NCBI GenBank assembly: GCA_004431415.1
Contig: QPMI01000521.1
Location: 168,861 to 232,860, forward strand
Origin: Cyanophora paradoxa CCMP329
Lineage: Eukaryota > Plantae > Glaucophyta
DNA: 64,000 bases
Reading direction: 5' to 3'
Part shown: positions 1-14,395 of the stretch, piece by piece
How positions within the stretch are numbered: position 1 is the first letter of the stretch
Layout: the number at the start of each line of letters is the position of its first letter
Notes under the pieces: generated by a model
Seen by the model: the letters and a program-made list of their open reading frames with translations, nothing else
Told to the model about the DNA's origin: nothing
The model's database searches: none
Translations under genes and position numbers: made by a program

Positions 1-3000
1 CGCTGGCCGAGACTACGAGAGGAGAACGCTGGCGCATCCGAAGGTCAGGGAGACGCATAAGGAGACCAATATTCTTAAAGCAGATGCTCGCGCACCGACA
101 CGGACATAGTTGTCTGGCGCGTCCTCGCGACGCGGCAGCGCCCGTTCACCGTCGAGTTGCAGTAGGAAATGAACCTCTGAACGGGGATTGCAACCGTGCC
201 GGTCACGTTCTGAACAAAGGCGTTCGTCATCGCATAGCGGAAGTCGACGGAAAGGTTGGCGCCGAACTCCGGCCCCATCGGAGCGCGAAGCATGGCGTTG
301 ATCGTGTTCGCCCCCCAATCTTTGAACACGTCCATCCGCTGCCCGACGGAGACCGTGATGGAGAGGTCCTCGGGGTTCAGAGGCTGGAAGCCTGTCTCGC
401 TCGCGACCTTGCAGACCACGTTCGCCCCGAACGCCACGGCCGCCCGCGAGCACGAGACGGTTCCAGCCTGCGCCAAGACAAGCAGCTTCAATTAAACCGC
501 GAGATGAGTCCAGTGGAGATGACTCGCCTTGATTGTGAAGAACTCGAAGATAAAAGCACTGCGCTGGAGGTCGCTAAGGCTGGCCCAATTCGAGTGAACC
601 ATCTGCCGGAAATTTTGTGAGATCGAGGCCGCTCTTACGGCACCGCGCCTCGCGACTTACCGACGTCGAAAACGGCAGGTAGACCTTGGGGTTGCCGTAG
701 ACGGGATTCGGAGTGGCGGCAATTGCCGTGATATTAAACATATAGCATTCAATCTGCGAAAATGATCCGCAAGAGGCTCAAAGATAAGAAAGAAAGACCG
801 CGCTCTCTATCTCAGCACACCGTTTTGTTCGTGAACAGTTCCTTCAAACTCCAGTCTTGAGGGAAGTAAGATGGGGGAACGAAAAAGGAGCCGTTGACCA
901 TCGCTGACACAGCGGCAACAGCTGTTGAACCCCCGAGAGTGACAACCAGTGGGTCGAAGTAAGAAGCTTTGAAATCCGAGAAGGTATTGTATCGCGAGGG
1001 GATGACATAGATGGCGGTAGAAGATCCGACGGGCAGGCGAAGGAAGAACTGGCTCGGGCTCGCGACAACGAGCTGCACCGTCTTGAAGGGGAACTGCGCG
1101 ACCACCACGCCATCCGAGCGCGCGTTCCACTGCGCCTGGGCCAGCGAAGCGCCCTGATTCGAACGGACCCAGTACAAGATGGAATCCTACGGTAGGAAAA
1201 AGTAGATAAGCACTCGATGAATATCGAAAGATAGAGCGAAGAAGCACGAACTCCTCCTGGGTATCCGCACGGGTACCGACACTCAATGTTGATCGGGATG
1301 CAATTCGGGGAACAGCTTGAGCTGCCGCTCCGATCTCAGAAATGACAAGTTAATAATGCTTTCGAAAAACATGTGCACTGACTTCGTCGATGTGTCGAGA
1401 TCGAGCCCGCCGGATATGGGATAGCTCGCGGTTGCCTTGAGAATTGTGCATTCGGCGAAGAACGGGTAGCCCACGCTCACGCCGAGAACAGCTGGCGAGC
1501 AAACAGTGCCGGGCAAGATTTCCACGATTTCGATGTAATTGAAAATAGTATTCCTTGGGTCAATTCCCGTGAAGTTGAAGGAAAGATCTATTTTGGCCTG
1601 AAACTCGCTCGTGGCGTTGTGGTTGTACCTGTGTGTGCGCGCGTCACGAACCCGTCGCTTTCTGCCTGAGAGGGAAAAGCGCACGTGAAGTTGTACGAAG
1701 TGTAGCAGCCAGAGCCGCCCTCGGTCGAGTTGCAGAAAACGAACTGCAGCGCGGCGTGCACTCGTCATGCCAACCCCTGCTCTAGAAGGCAGATCTAGAG
1801 CATACCGATTTGTCCGTCGACGATGAGAAGCCGACGTCAGCGCTGTTCGGACCCCAGTTCGTGATGTACCCGGGGCCGAACGCGATCCTGGGGGGCACGA
1901 TGGCCGACATGGGCAGGACGGGGCTCGAGGGCCCTTCCTGCACCCGGAAATTGCACTCGGTTTTGCCGCCCGCTGCGCGCGAAAAGAGTCAGGGTCGAAC
2001 CCGGAGCCGCGATCCTACTCGCAGACATCGGATTCGATTCTTGGTGCACTGCAAATTGTAGAACACGATTGCTCTGACGCTGGAGTTCCTGCGGCAAAGC
2101 AGTTTAAGTATTCTAGAAAGATGCGCGCGGCTCGCGATCAAAAGCCCTTGCTCTCACCAGACCGTGCGGGACGGCTCGGGAATTCCGCTGAAGTCGGGGA
2201 GACCCGCTTTCACATAGACGCGATCGACGGAGGCTCCGTAGGGCGCCTGCACGAGATGTTCACAGACAGATCTAGACCGCGATGCTGTATGTATGATCAT
2301 AACAGACTGCGGGCGCACCAGACGGAAGAACACGTTCGGTGCGTTGTCCAGAAAGTCCACGCTCACCTTCCCGTCATCCTGCGGGAAGCCCTCATTTAAA
2401 GCAACTGGCGAACGCGGCAAGGGATTTGCGAACAGATCGGAAGACAAAGTCCTTGCGACTCAGTGAGGCTGATCCGTTCCCGGGAACTAATCGAAACGTC
2501 GTCAAGAGCAGATTGAAAGCTATGAAAATAATCGAAAAAGGGGAGCATACGAATGGTGCACTGCTCCAGTGTCTGCAGCGTTACGACAGGTCATGCTACG
2601 TGCGTGCGAGCATAGGAAAGCGATCTAGCGCACCGGGAAGCCGCCGAGAAGTATGGTCGTGTTGGGAATGCAGGACTGGTCCGCAATTATAGCGGCATCA
2701 ATGATGCTGCAAATAGACTGCGCTTCAAGAGACGCAGGAAGACCGGTACGCACACAAATGGAAGAACAAAATGAAACGCACCGGTATTCGACTTTCGTTA
2801 CGGTGCTGATGCCGGTGGGCGACACGGACGAGCTCCAGGGAATCCCGAAGACAAACTTCGACTGGGGCGACAGCGGGAATGGCTGGATCGTAAACTGGAC
2901 ATGCCGACAGTTGAGTGACGTGAGGGGTTCTCGCTAGAGCGGCGGGCGCACCTCGACGCCATTGGAGACATTCCTGGCACTGGTTGGGTCCAGCCCCGCG

Positions 3001-6000
3001 GGCCAGGACGCATCGCGGGTCTGCGTGGTTGCGCTTGAACGAAAACACGAAGCACAATCGGTTTTTGCGCACCCAGTTGAAATCCGTCACGCTTGGAATT
3101 GCCGAGGACTGAATGTTGCATTGTTCACAGCCCTACAGCGTACAATGAACATCAGGATTTCGCAAGGCCACGAAAGCAGGCGATACGTGTAAGCCTCGCA
3201 CTTGTTTTGTGTACGGATGCCCAAAATCTTCCGGTTCAATCAAGCAAGTCCTGTTGTATGGTGCGTTCAGCCACTGGTTCCAGTTCACTCGAGCACCCTC
3301 GGTGTCAAGGCCTTGGTTGAATGTCGGCCTGCAGGAGAATTGCGCGAAAAGCCGCCACGGCTCCCACTTCGCCGCGTTGTCCGGCGAACGCGCTGCAAGC
3401 CCACGAATGGATCAATAAACGCGCATTGGATGCAAGGGGCAGTGGGGTTTCAATACGCACATTTGAGGACACTCACGGTTGTTGAAATGTAGGGCTTGAG
3501 CAACGCCCCGGCAGTCGAGAGGTAGGCTGTCGCCCACCGCACGTACAACGTCGTTTCCGCTACAACGGAGGGGGACCCGAACGTGATGGAGACGTTGGCA
3601 CTCCTGGACGCTGAAGAGAACGCAAACGTGGGCCGCGGGCTGGCACCAGCCCCGACGTCTGTTCTGCACGCCGCGAGATCTCCGGGGCAGTTTCCGTCGT
3701 TGTTTGCGCCCGTCGGCGCGTACTGCGAACGAGTGTTGAGCGTCGCGTGTCCCTTCAGAGCGGAGAGCGCACCTGAAGAGTCGAGAAGAACCCGGTCTGA
3801 AAGTGCGCCGTGCTGAGGGAGGCCCCGCCCACGGACTCGATCCAGCAGTTGATCGTGTCCCGCGCCACCACCCGGTAGCGCTCGCACTTGACGGCGGCCG
3901 TGATCACATTCAGCGCGAAGGGTGAACTTGCGATCGCGTAGCCAGACGGGTGGTACGTCACGTTCACGCGCTGGCTGCCTCCGGACAGGCCGTTCGCCCG
4001 CACCGAGAACTGGATCTGTGGCTAATGTGAGTGACGTCGCGTGAAAAGCGCTCATTCAGCTAGACCCGGCCCGCAGAGCCAGGCGCACATTTGGAGAGCC
4101 GGACATTGCTTCGTAGACCTCGAGCCCGCCATCCGGAAAAGATATTGCAAAGTCGCTCGTTTGGATGGGCGCCCCGTTAGCTCGGGCTGTGACCGTGCAT
4201 GTCGTCGCGTCTCCCGAGAGAAGGGCGGCGTTGGCAGTCGGATATGAACACCAGAGCGTGCCCCCTGTAAAGTCAAAGCGTGAATGTGTGCGGGAACGAG
4301 ATCTATGCCATGACCACTTATAAAATTACCGATTATCTGGCTCGTGGTCCCTGTGTTGAGAAGCGATTTGCTGTCGGTCGACGTGCCAGCGACTTGAGAG
4401 GTGATCTCGGCAGACATCGAGTAGGAAGAAACTGTGATGCTGTCGACTGCCTTGACGTCGATCTTCAGCGTGCCGTCGGCAGCCGAGCGAGGAGAGCCGA
4501 CGGTGAGACCTGTCGTGGCGGGAACGGACACCAAAACATCCGTCGGGACAGGGCTAGGAGAGCCTGTTTGGACGGCGTAGATCGAGCAGGCAACAGGGAC
4601 GTTGATCGGGGTTCGGGATGGGCAGTCGATTTGCAAAACTGTTTCTGCATGTGAGGATTCGAGCTCGAGCAGGAATCATGGGAAGACACGCACGTCCTAG
4701 CACGTCGAAAGGAAGAGGCGACCCGCTAACACCGACACCGCCCAGGCGAATGACGATCGGCCGGTTGAAGAGGGGATCGGGGCCGGTGGTGACCTTGAAC
4801 TGAAGTACGCCATTCGCATCGAGAGAAAAGAAACCCGTGTCGATTGAGAAAGCCCGCGCCTCCCCCAAGCCGGTTGTGTAGTTTTCAAAGACGCTTAGAT
4901 CCGCCAGCAGAAAGCTTGCCGAGCCCGCGACCTTGGTGACTGCACGCAGCCGCAGGAGACCGCAAGAGTTAAGGGGGCATTATAGTTAGGTTGTGTGCGG
5001 CGCACCGTTGCAGAAATAACTCGACGACGTTCGCGTCCGGCATCTCGACTGGCCGGACACGACTTGCTGGCAGTCGCACGCGAGCACGCCTGCAACCTGC
5101 GGCGCTTCGTCATTCGCTAGCTTACGCTGCGAGAAAGGACACTTCAAGAGGGGCTCACGACTGGGATCGACGTGTTCGCAAGCTTGAGTGCTGTCATCGT
5201 CGCGTAGATCTCCACGCCGGCGTCGCCGCCTCCGACGGCGGGCGTCCAAGTGAAGGCGATGGCGCCGCCGTCGATGTCTGTCACCCCAGTTACGGTTCCC
5301 GCTGCTGCTTGGATGGTGACTTCGGTGGTCGAGAGAGCATTGCCCCCGACCGCTCTTTGAAGCGTGCAGGAGAGATGAACGCCAGGGTACGCCCGCTTTG
5401 CGGAGCACACGATGTCGCCGGCGCCAGTCGCGCCCAGAGAGAACGACGGGGACGGGGAGCTCTTGTAGGGAGCGATGACCTGGATCTGTCCAGCTCGCGA
5501 TGGCGTCACCGTGAACCGCATCGACGAGCCAACAGCGGTGAACGCCGAGAATCGGACGCCCGGCACGGCCAGCGCCGTGTCGAGATCGGCGAGGGTGATG
5601 CTCGGCGTCGAGTTTGTCGGCGTCAGAGTGCACGTCGTGCTCGTGGGCGTCGCCGGGCTGTACGCGACTTGCGCCGGCGTGCAGTTGAAGGACGACGCGA
5701 TAATCGTGAAGGTAAGCGCGCCTATCGCATCGCCGCCGGCAGCCGCGGAGAAGGCGACGGACACGTTCTCGGTCTGGTACGTGGACCCGTTCAGCGCGTA
5801 AACAATGAACGAAGCCTGCGAAGTGCAGGGCATTAGTGAGCCGAGTCGACGCGGAAAACATTGCCGCGAAAGCGGAATGCACCGTCTGGCCAGCGGCGTC
5901 GACCGTAATTGGCGAGACCGAAAGGGATGTGTCTGCTCTCACAGGTGCGACGACGAACGCGTCTGGACTGCGTAGCGGCCCCGAGCGCGCCGTCCTGGTG

Positions 6001-9000
6001 AGCGTGCACCCGATGCCGCCTCCCGAGTGGATCCGGGAGTAAGAGCACGAAGCCGTCACCTCTGCGGGGCAATCGCAAAGTCAAGGGAAGTGCGCAGCTC
6101 AAAAGGGCGAGGGTACGAGTACGCGCCGACAAACGATCCCTCGACGGACGCGGCAGGAACCAAAGAGCCGTCGACGAAGCTGACGCGGGAGAGCGAGAAC
6201 GGCACCGTAATTGTAAAAGCGGTCTCGGTCCGATTCGTCACGTTCGCTGAGAATGTGAACGACGTCTGACCGGAGACAGCCGCCAGAGGCGTGAGCGAGA
6301 GCGCCGTCGACGGTGTCACGCGAGGCGCGAGAAGATGCGAGAGAGACACAGCCTCCATGACGTCCACCATAGCGAGCGTGCAGACGGCGGTCGGGAGGAG
6401 GGTCTGCCGAGCGTCATGGAACGAGTTTAGATCTTAGGAAGCGAATCGGACGCGAGAAACTCACAATGTTGATGTTGAGGGAGAACGTCGTGGTCGTGCA
6501 CGTGAGCGAGATGACGGGAATCTGGATGCTCTTCGAGAACGGGGCGGCGGCCGGCAGCTGCAGCGCCTCGCCCCTCGAGGAGCTCCAGAAGAAGTCCACT
6601 CGGCTCCGCGACACGTAGGCGCAGGTGACGTTGCGCGAGTACTTGGCTCCAGACAGTGCGGGCGCAGTCGCCGTGAAGTTGCCGGCGGTCGCGTTCAGCT
6701 TGAAGTCGTCTTCCATCGCTGTCGCTGAGACGCCGAACCTGTCCGTCTGAAGCACAACCGTGCAAGACAACGTCTGCAGCGGCGCGGTATGAGCGCATGC
6801 GGAAGATCGGAGCGTGTTTATGGCAGGCTGCAACGCACGACGAAGGTGCGCCCGACCGAAAGGAAGAGCGCGCAGCCCGAGGCGGTGCTGTTCACGTCGA
6901 CCACGACAATGTTCTGCGAGGCGGCGACTGGGGTTTGGCCACCCCACGAAGCCGCGAAGTTGACTGTGATAGCGAAGCCTGCCGAATCAGCCTACACGGT
7001 CGCGCCGCGTCAGGAAATGCGAGAGCATAATCATTCAGGGGGCGGCGGCGTGGATGCACGCACCATGGTCGTGTCCACGGCCAACGTGAGTAGCGTCGCT
7101 GTCCCCGTCGCCGTGAGGTCCCGGAAGGTCGTCTCTCTCGCTACGCTCAGGGCGAAGTCCGACGGGGAGACCGCCACCGGGCTCGTCGAGTTGCAGTGCG
7201 CTCGGTAGCCCCTCGCCACGCGGGAAGTGCACGAAAGAACCACCGATATCACGTCGACGTCGAAGCCGGGGAGGGCGATCCGGAGCTCTCCCGTCCCCGC
7301 GGTGGTGGAAGCCCACTGCGGCCCGACAGTGAATCTCCCTCCCATGGTTCCGGTGAAGTACGTGCGGAACGACCCCGCGGTTCCAGCTCCGGATACGGCT
7401 GCAAAAAAGCCCCCGGGAGTGCCGGAGGACCTGTGCAAGCGTCAGAGCGGAGGGCACTGAAATGAAACAAATGAAAGCGCTGACGGAGGAAAGTCTGAGG
7501 CCAGCAGTACGGGTACGTTGGACCCTGTCGGCGTGTCGATGCGGCAGCTCGTGATCTGTAAAACGATATTCTCGCGCGAGAACGAAAACGGCTGAAAGAC
7601 AGCGTTCACGCACCGTCCCCGTGTTAATTGGAGTGCGAGCGCCAGTGCAGGAAACGGTGCCATCGATCACAATGAAGCTGCAATTGCCCGCCCAGACTTG
7701 AAGCCGAGGGTCCGACCGTGCGCTCAGGCGAACCTGGAGCAGCGCCTGACTAGAAAAGAGCGTCTGTGGTGCCGTCTCGCGAAAAGCAGCGGAAACGCAT
7801 ACAGGAACAATACTGCGAACCGCCGTGTTGGACACGACGATCGAAAGTTGACCGAAGCTTGGCTGCACGCTGACGACGAGCCCGCTGTCCGGAGAGTCAA
7901 GCGTCACTGCCAATTACGTCGACGTCGCGAGTCAGTGCCAGGGCATTATTAGAGGGGCATATCAGAAGAAACTATCTGAAGCACCAGTTATGTCGTTAGT
8001 ATCAAGCGGCGCGCTGCCCCAGGAGCTGAACAGCTCCAGCCTCGCTGGCCTCCCCCGCGCCACGCGCATCGCGGAGCTCGGGCTCGAGCCCCTGCCGTCC
8101 GGGAGGCACGCAGGGTCGAACGCCTTCAGGACGAACTCGCCGCTGAATATCATCGCGACCTCGAAGTCGACGACAAGCTTGTAGGGGCCGACCTGCATGA
8201 AAAGCGCGTCAGTCGCTCTTAATCAAACTATGAGAGTCGACTAGAGCTGCAGCGCACCCCAAACTGGGGGCTGATCGTCAGGGAGTAGGTCGTGGTCGCC
8301 CCGCCATGGGTCCAGACTCTCTGCCCCGCGATCGAGTTGGCCACGATCGGGACGGCCTTCCACAGGGCGCGGTCCGCCGTGTACGCCTCAGTGGGGCCGA
8401 ACGACGGGGCGAGCCACAGCCAGAAGTACGGCGCGGTCGCGTTGACCGTCAGCCTGCCGGGCCCTCATGATCAGCAGAGGCGGCGGGCCGGGGCGTGCTC
8501 GAGCGCGGGCGAGGCGGCGGGGCGGCGCGGCGCGGCGCGGCGCACTGGTAGGAGACGCGGGTAGCGATGACGGTCGAGGACACGCCGATGTTCACCGCGC
8601 CGACCGCGAGCGCGTACGTGTTGACCGTGTAGAGCGACGTGTTCCGCCCGTTGCCGGAGATGATGTCGATCACGACCTCGTGCCTGTGCGGCGAGACGGC
8701 GTCGGGGGGCGGCCGGTCAGGATCGGACAAGGCACGCGGCCACGCATGCATATGGGAGGCGCACGTCGTGAGGCCCGTCACGTCGTACAGGCCGTCCCTG
8801 TGCCCGCGCGCGGTCAGTGCCGCGGCGCTTCAGTTGTGCGGAGGAATGACGCGTCGCGATTGCGCGCAGGGCCGCGCGGTGCGTGCGCACCCGATGCGGA
8901 AAATCTCCCCGGTGCCGTACGTGTAGTTGCCCGTCGAGCCGCGCACGCGGTGCTTGCCCCGCCACTGCAGCCCGGGGGCCGTGCTCGAGACCCGCAGGAA

Positions 9001-10290
9001 GACCGGAGAGGGAGTCGCCTCGGCGGGGTTCCGGTAGATGTAGAGGCTGTAGGGGCCCGCGTCCTCCGGAAGGAAATCCTTCGTCGCCGTGAGGCGCGTC
9101 GGGCGGAACAGCGGCAGCGCCGTCGACCCGACCGCGGCCAGGGCCGAAAGCCGCGTCTCCGAGCCGCCGGCTGCCGGCGCGGGCCCCGCGATTCAGTACA
9201 CTCCAGCGGGCTCCTACGCGGGCAGGGAAGGGGAGGAGGGGGGAACGGGGGGAACGGGGGACGGGAGGGGGTGTGCGAAGGATGGGGAGGGGGACGCACG
9301 GTGGAAGTACAGGGGGATGCGGAGCTCGGACCCGTCGACGTACACCCTCCGTGGGAGGCCATCGGTGGGGTCCACGGACCTGGCGAAGGCGAAGGGGGTG
9401 CGTGAGAGGGCCGGCGAACGCGACGATCAAAGCCGCGACGGCCGCGGGAGCGCGCGGGAGCGCACAGGAGGCCCAGCGTGCGCGTATTTCCGTAGGTGTA
9501 GTTCATCGCCGGCGTCTGGCCGACGCGGAAAGTGTACCGGTAGAACGAGAGGCCCTGGGCACGAGCGCCGCACGCGGGCCCGAGGTCAGGGGGAGCCCGA
9601 GGGAGGGGGGTCAGCAACGAGGCCCCGGCCCCGCCCGGCCCCGCCCCGCCCCGCCCGGTCAGCGCACGGGGAAAAGCGGGTCGCTCGTGACGAGGGCGGG
9701 GGTCGCGAGGAAGTCGTCGATCTGGCCCGTGGTGAGGCGGGCGTCGCGGCTGTAGCTCCCGTCCCACAGCACGTAGGCCAGCCGCAGGAGGCCGCAGCCG
9801 CCGTTCGTGGGCGCGACGAGGCACAAATAATTCAGCGTGCAAGTAATCTCGTCCCCTGCCGCGGCGTGTCAGCGGCAGCAGCGCGGTAGGGCGTCCTGCA
9901 CCGGAGCTGACCGAGGTATATCGGGTCACTTAGAACCAGCCCGCGGTCTGCGCATGCGCCGCGGCATCACGAGTGCATCGCGCGGAAAATCGAAGAGAGA
10001 GCGGCGGGCGCGGGCTGCCGCACCGCAAGTCACGCCGAGCGTGTCCGGCGTGATGACGGCACCCAGCTCGGGCAGCCCGCTCAGAGTCAGCAAATCTGCG
10101 CGGGACGCGCAGAGCGTGCTTAGCTGAGATCGTCTGCGGCAGGCCCCCGACTCACCGAGGCCAGTGGCGGGCTGCGCTGCGACCGGGGTCACACTGAACA
10201 GGCAGCTGCAGGCCACCAGCACAAGGAGCGGGAAAGCCGCGGCCAGCCCCCCGATCTCGAGCGCTGGGCCGCGCTTCCTCGGGCCTGCAT
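1..10290 (-). CDS. Large multi-exon predicted secreted/surface protein with S/T/A/V-rich Ig/filamin-like beta-sandwich repeats; runs off the left edge
   Basis: Hydrophobic signal-like stretch LAAAFPLLVLVACSCLFSVTPVAAQ after an ATG at ~10290 (needs one extra base in a G run). A chain of minus-strand exon ORFs (e.g. 5144-5833, 4052-4636, 7031-7438, 812-1177) has repeating 'C...C.I/L' beta-strand modules and 'VSGSP/IASSPF' filamin-like motifs, separated by short intron-like gaps. Exon boundaries not fully resolved. Confidence 0.55.
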
Positions 10291-12164
10291 CGGGCGGCGT
10301 TCGTAGCTAAGCCGTGGCCAGCAGGCAAGGCGGGGAGGGGGGGCGCTCTCGCGCGAGAGGCACCTGCGGCATTCTTCATTCTTCGCGCTCGAGGGAGCCT
10401 GGACGTATACACCAGAGAACGGTGCGCTCCCGACGCCGTCGTCCGCAGCCTCCAGCTGGCCGCAGGGCTCATGAGCTCGATCAGCGCCCTCATGTACGTG
10501 CACGCGCTGCTGCCCTGAACAGATCGAGCCGCGCGGTCCGGGGCCCCGCGGTGCCCGCTCGCGGAAGCTGATGCCCCATGCCTCGTCGTCCGACGAGCTC
10601 GAGGCTCGCTCACGCGCGCGGCCAACTTGAAAACAGCGAGCTCCAGGCCGGAGCTCCAGCTGCAGGCGGAGTCGGCGGCGGCCTGAACGCGCAGCTGGCT
10701 GAACGCTTCTAAGCAGCTGCTATGCTCCGCGTGCACGTGAAGCTGGCTGGCTTTCACGGCTCTCTTGCTCCGCGACTTCGACCAAGCAAGCGCCTCCGAC
10801 ACGCTGGCGGAGCTCGAGGGTTAGCTCTGCGAACGAGCGGAAGCTCCCCCGCGCGCGCACTCAGGTGCTATAGCCCGGCAGATGCAAACATACGCTCTTG
10901 AGGGCCTCTTCAAGGCTCAGCGGGCAAGAGGCCAGGAAAGTTCGAACCTGAGGAGCCACCCGATCCTCGTGCGGAACGTCACCCGCTCGCGCTGAGCTTT
11001 CGCAGCAAAGTTCGGAGCTTGAAGAGCTCTCCCACTACAGCTGCAAGTGTTGCGGTCGCTGGCAGGCTCTCGCAGGCTCCGTGGCGGGGGGCTCGTAGCT
11101 AAAGCGTTTCGAAGTTCAATCAGCCGCTTGCTTCCTTCTTCTATACCGGGGCGCTCTCGCCGACTCGGCGAGTCCGACGCGGGCGCTGGGAGCTTCCGAA
11201 GTTCCCAAGATCGCACGTGTGAGCCGCAGCTGCAGCTGCAGTGAGCGCGGGCGACGCGAGGCGTACGGCGAGTCGGCGACTAGGCCGGGTACGCATGTGC
11301 GCGGGTCGGAGCTCGAATTAAGGAACCCGGGGCCGCGGAGGCTGCATTCCGGAGCCAGCTGCATATGCGCCGTGCAGCTCCTGCCAGCTCGCAGGAGGCG
11401 GCAGGACTTCAAATTCGAACAATTTAATTTCAAATTGCATTGAAGGATTGAAGGATGAGCCTCGGAGATACGCGCGGTACCTCTCAGCTGCAGTATCGAA
11501 TCATTCCGATCCGGATCCGAATTTCGAATTAACATTCGATCGCGAATTCGAAGTTCCGCGCCGGCGCCGCGGCCGGCGCCGCATACGTATACGTATACGT
11601 ATATATTCGGTAAAGTACTACGTATACCGGGTATATATATAATTATATAATGTTAGCTATCATAGTATAAAGCTATATAGTTACATTTAAGACGTGTATA
11701 TATATATGGCTATACTATGATATATATCTATACCACAGCAATATTTTACACATTTCGATCATGATTGTCGTGATCGCGAATCAAGAGTGACGAATTTTTC
11801 GAAGACTCCTAGGATTCCGGTCTCACCTCCGCGCCGAGTACGTCCGCGGAACTCGGCGCCGACTCGGCGAATCGAATCGATTAGGATTCGAATTCGAATT
11901 CATGCATATGATTCCCCGGGCCCGCAGCCGGCGGCCAAGAACGCGATCGCAATTGGAGGAACATGTACAGTCGCCGCGCGCCAACAAGTTGGCAAGTTAT
12001 AAATTAAATGGCAACAACTGGCCCAGTGGCAAGTCAGTGGCAAGTTTACTGGCAACAAGAAGTCGCCGGACTCCGCGCCGGGACGCCAACGACGAGAGCA
12101 GACTCATGATCAGCAGAGGGGGTGGGGGGGAGAGGGTGCTGGCATGGGGCCCGATGGGGGTTCC

Positions 12165-14336
12165 CTAGAACCTGCGGCGCCCCAGGGAGGCGCGGCCATT
12201 CGGGGAGCGGAAGACGGCGGAGGGCCGCTGCTGCCGGGGCGGCTGCGCCGAGGCGTCGGGCTCGTACGTCCCGGGCCCGATCCGCGCGTCCGGCCCGTCC
12301 GCCTTGTGAAGCATCCGCGTGCCGCCTGCGCCCCCGGCCCGGTCGGCGGCGGCGGCGGCTGGAGGGCGGAGGGGTTTGGGCGGGCGCGCACCGAGGACCC
12401 GGGGGTCGATCTCGCGCTTCTGGCGGGAGCGGAAGACCGCCGCAAAGCGCCGCGAGGACTCCAGCGCCGACCGCGCCTGCGGCCCGCCCCGCCCCGCCCC
12501 GCCGCTCAGCGCAGCTGAGGGCCGGCGGGCGGCGGGCCGGGGCGGGTGGGGCGTGCGCGCACGACCGAGGCCTTGGGGCCGACGTCGGTGTTGTACACGA
12601 TGTCGATCCCCACCGCCTTCGGCTTCTCCGGGAAGCGCGCTGCGCCCGCGCTCAGAGGGGGCGCGAGGAGGCCGGCGGCCGGGGAGGGAGGGGGGGAAGA
12701 AGCGTAAGCGGGTGGGCGGGCGGGCGGGCGGGCGCGCCCTGGCGGCTGGCGTAGAAGCCGTGGCGGTTCCACTCGCGCCGGTCGTGGTCGAGGACGTACG
12801 CGCCCGTGTCTGCCGCCGGCGCCCCCGCTCGCTCGCCCGCTCGCTCGCCCGCGCGGCGGCGGCGTCGTGCGCGCGGGGGCGCACCGGGCCGTGCCGGGGG
12901 CGCGGTGTTCGCGCGCCCCGCGGATAGGAAGGCGCTCGTCTGCGGCCGGTGCGGGCTGCGGGGCAGCGCGTGAGGCCGGGACGCGGAGAGGGCGCGGGGG
13001 CCGGGGCGGGCCTGCGCTGGCTGGCTGGAGGGCTCCCGATGGCGGGCCGTGCGGGGTCCCGCGGCTCGTAATCCCCGGGCCCGAGGGGCCGCGCGTACGG
13101 CACCCGCGACAGCGGCATCTGCAGGCGAGCCCCCCTCGGACCCCGCCACCCCCCGCCAGGAAGAGGGGGATGACGGGTACCGGATACGCCTGCCCGAGCG
13201 TGACGGGGTCGAGGAGCCTCGCGTTGCCCGACTGGAAGGAACTGTACCTGTACCCCAGAGATTAGAAAGGGCCGGACGCAGGGTCGGCGGGGGTCGGGGT
13301 TTCGCGGGGGCCGCACCGTATGGGCGAGCTCTGCACGGTGCGCGCCAGGCTCCCGTTGTCCGGGCTGTAGTCCAGCGAGGCCGTCAGCGCCGGCCCGCTC
13401 ATCACCGTCGTGCCTGTACCCGTCGGCGAGGTCCGCCCCAGCTGCGCCCGCCCGCGCGCCTCGGACCGGCGGCGGCGTGCCGGCGGCGGCGGCGGCGACG
13501 AGGTTGGGCCGGGGCACCTTCGGGGTATAGAATTTCCTATTCTTCCAGTACTGCTCATCTGCCGGGCGGCGTCAGGCCCAACTTCGCGGGGCTGGCTCTG
13601 CGCTCTGCTCGGGGCGAACTGCGCGCGCGCTCTGGCGGTCAGGCGGGGGCGTCGAGTGGAAAGCGGGGGTGCGCTGGCGCGGGGATCGCACCCTAGCCTA
13701 ATAGACGTGTAACCTGCGTTGAAGAGCCGGGCGTGGGTAAGCGGCGGCAGCGGCGGAAGCGCGCGGGGTGGGCGCGATTCACCGATATCCGAGACGTAGT
13801 CGTTGCGCCGCTCCGTGCGGCCGGCGCTTTTGAAGGCCGCGGAGGGCTTGTCCGCATCCTTCACCGCTACCTCCGGCAGCCGCATCCTGGCCCCCCGTCA
13901 ACGCGGGGCGGCCGCCGCGCGCGAGTCACGCGTACTTGTATGTGCCGGGCCCGAGGTGCGCGACCGCAGCTATTTTCTCATAATTGAAACGCGGCTGCGA
14001 GGTCTATAACCGAAAAACGTCGTCAGGCGGGCTGTAGCTAAGCGCCGGAGCGTCGGGGAGGGTGCGCCGCACTCGGAACACTGACGACTGCCTGCTGAAG
14101 TCCCAGCCATCGTCGTTCTCGTCTATAACACCATGTGCGAGGGGATCGTATGCCTTGCACCTCCTGTGCGTGCCTTCTTCCGGGCCGTGCTCACTGTGCC
14201 CCATGGCGGGATCCGCTAGCTTTCTGGCCTGCCTGAAACAGCTGGCCGAGTTGTATTCGCTGTTCTCCCGCTTATTCTGGATCCATTCTCTTTCTTCCAC
14301 GCTTAGCTTCTTGGCGTCTCCCCTGTACCCCTCCAT
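12165..14336 (-). CDS. SHIPPO/STPG (PGP-repeat, ODF3-like) protein, probably axoneme-associated; multi-exon
   Basis: Hand-spliced product MEGYRG...SSVFR|TSQPRFNYEKIAAVAHLGPGTYK|MRLPEV...PSAAFKS...LGPGDYEP...IGPGTYEP...PSAVFRS. It has three GPGxY motifs with downstream 'S.vF.S..R' motifs. Introns have CTGAC-type branch points. Confidence 0.7.
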
Positions 14337-14395
14337 TGCGCAGCCGTCCCTTTCAGCGCGCGCGAGGGTCGACGTCCTGCGTCGAACCGTTCACG

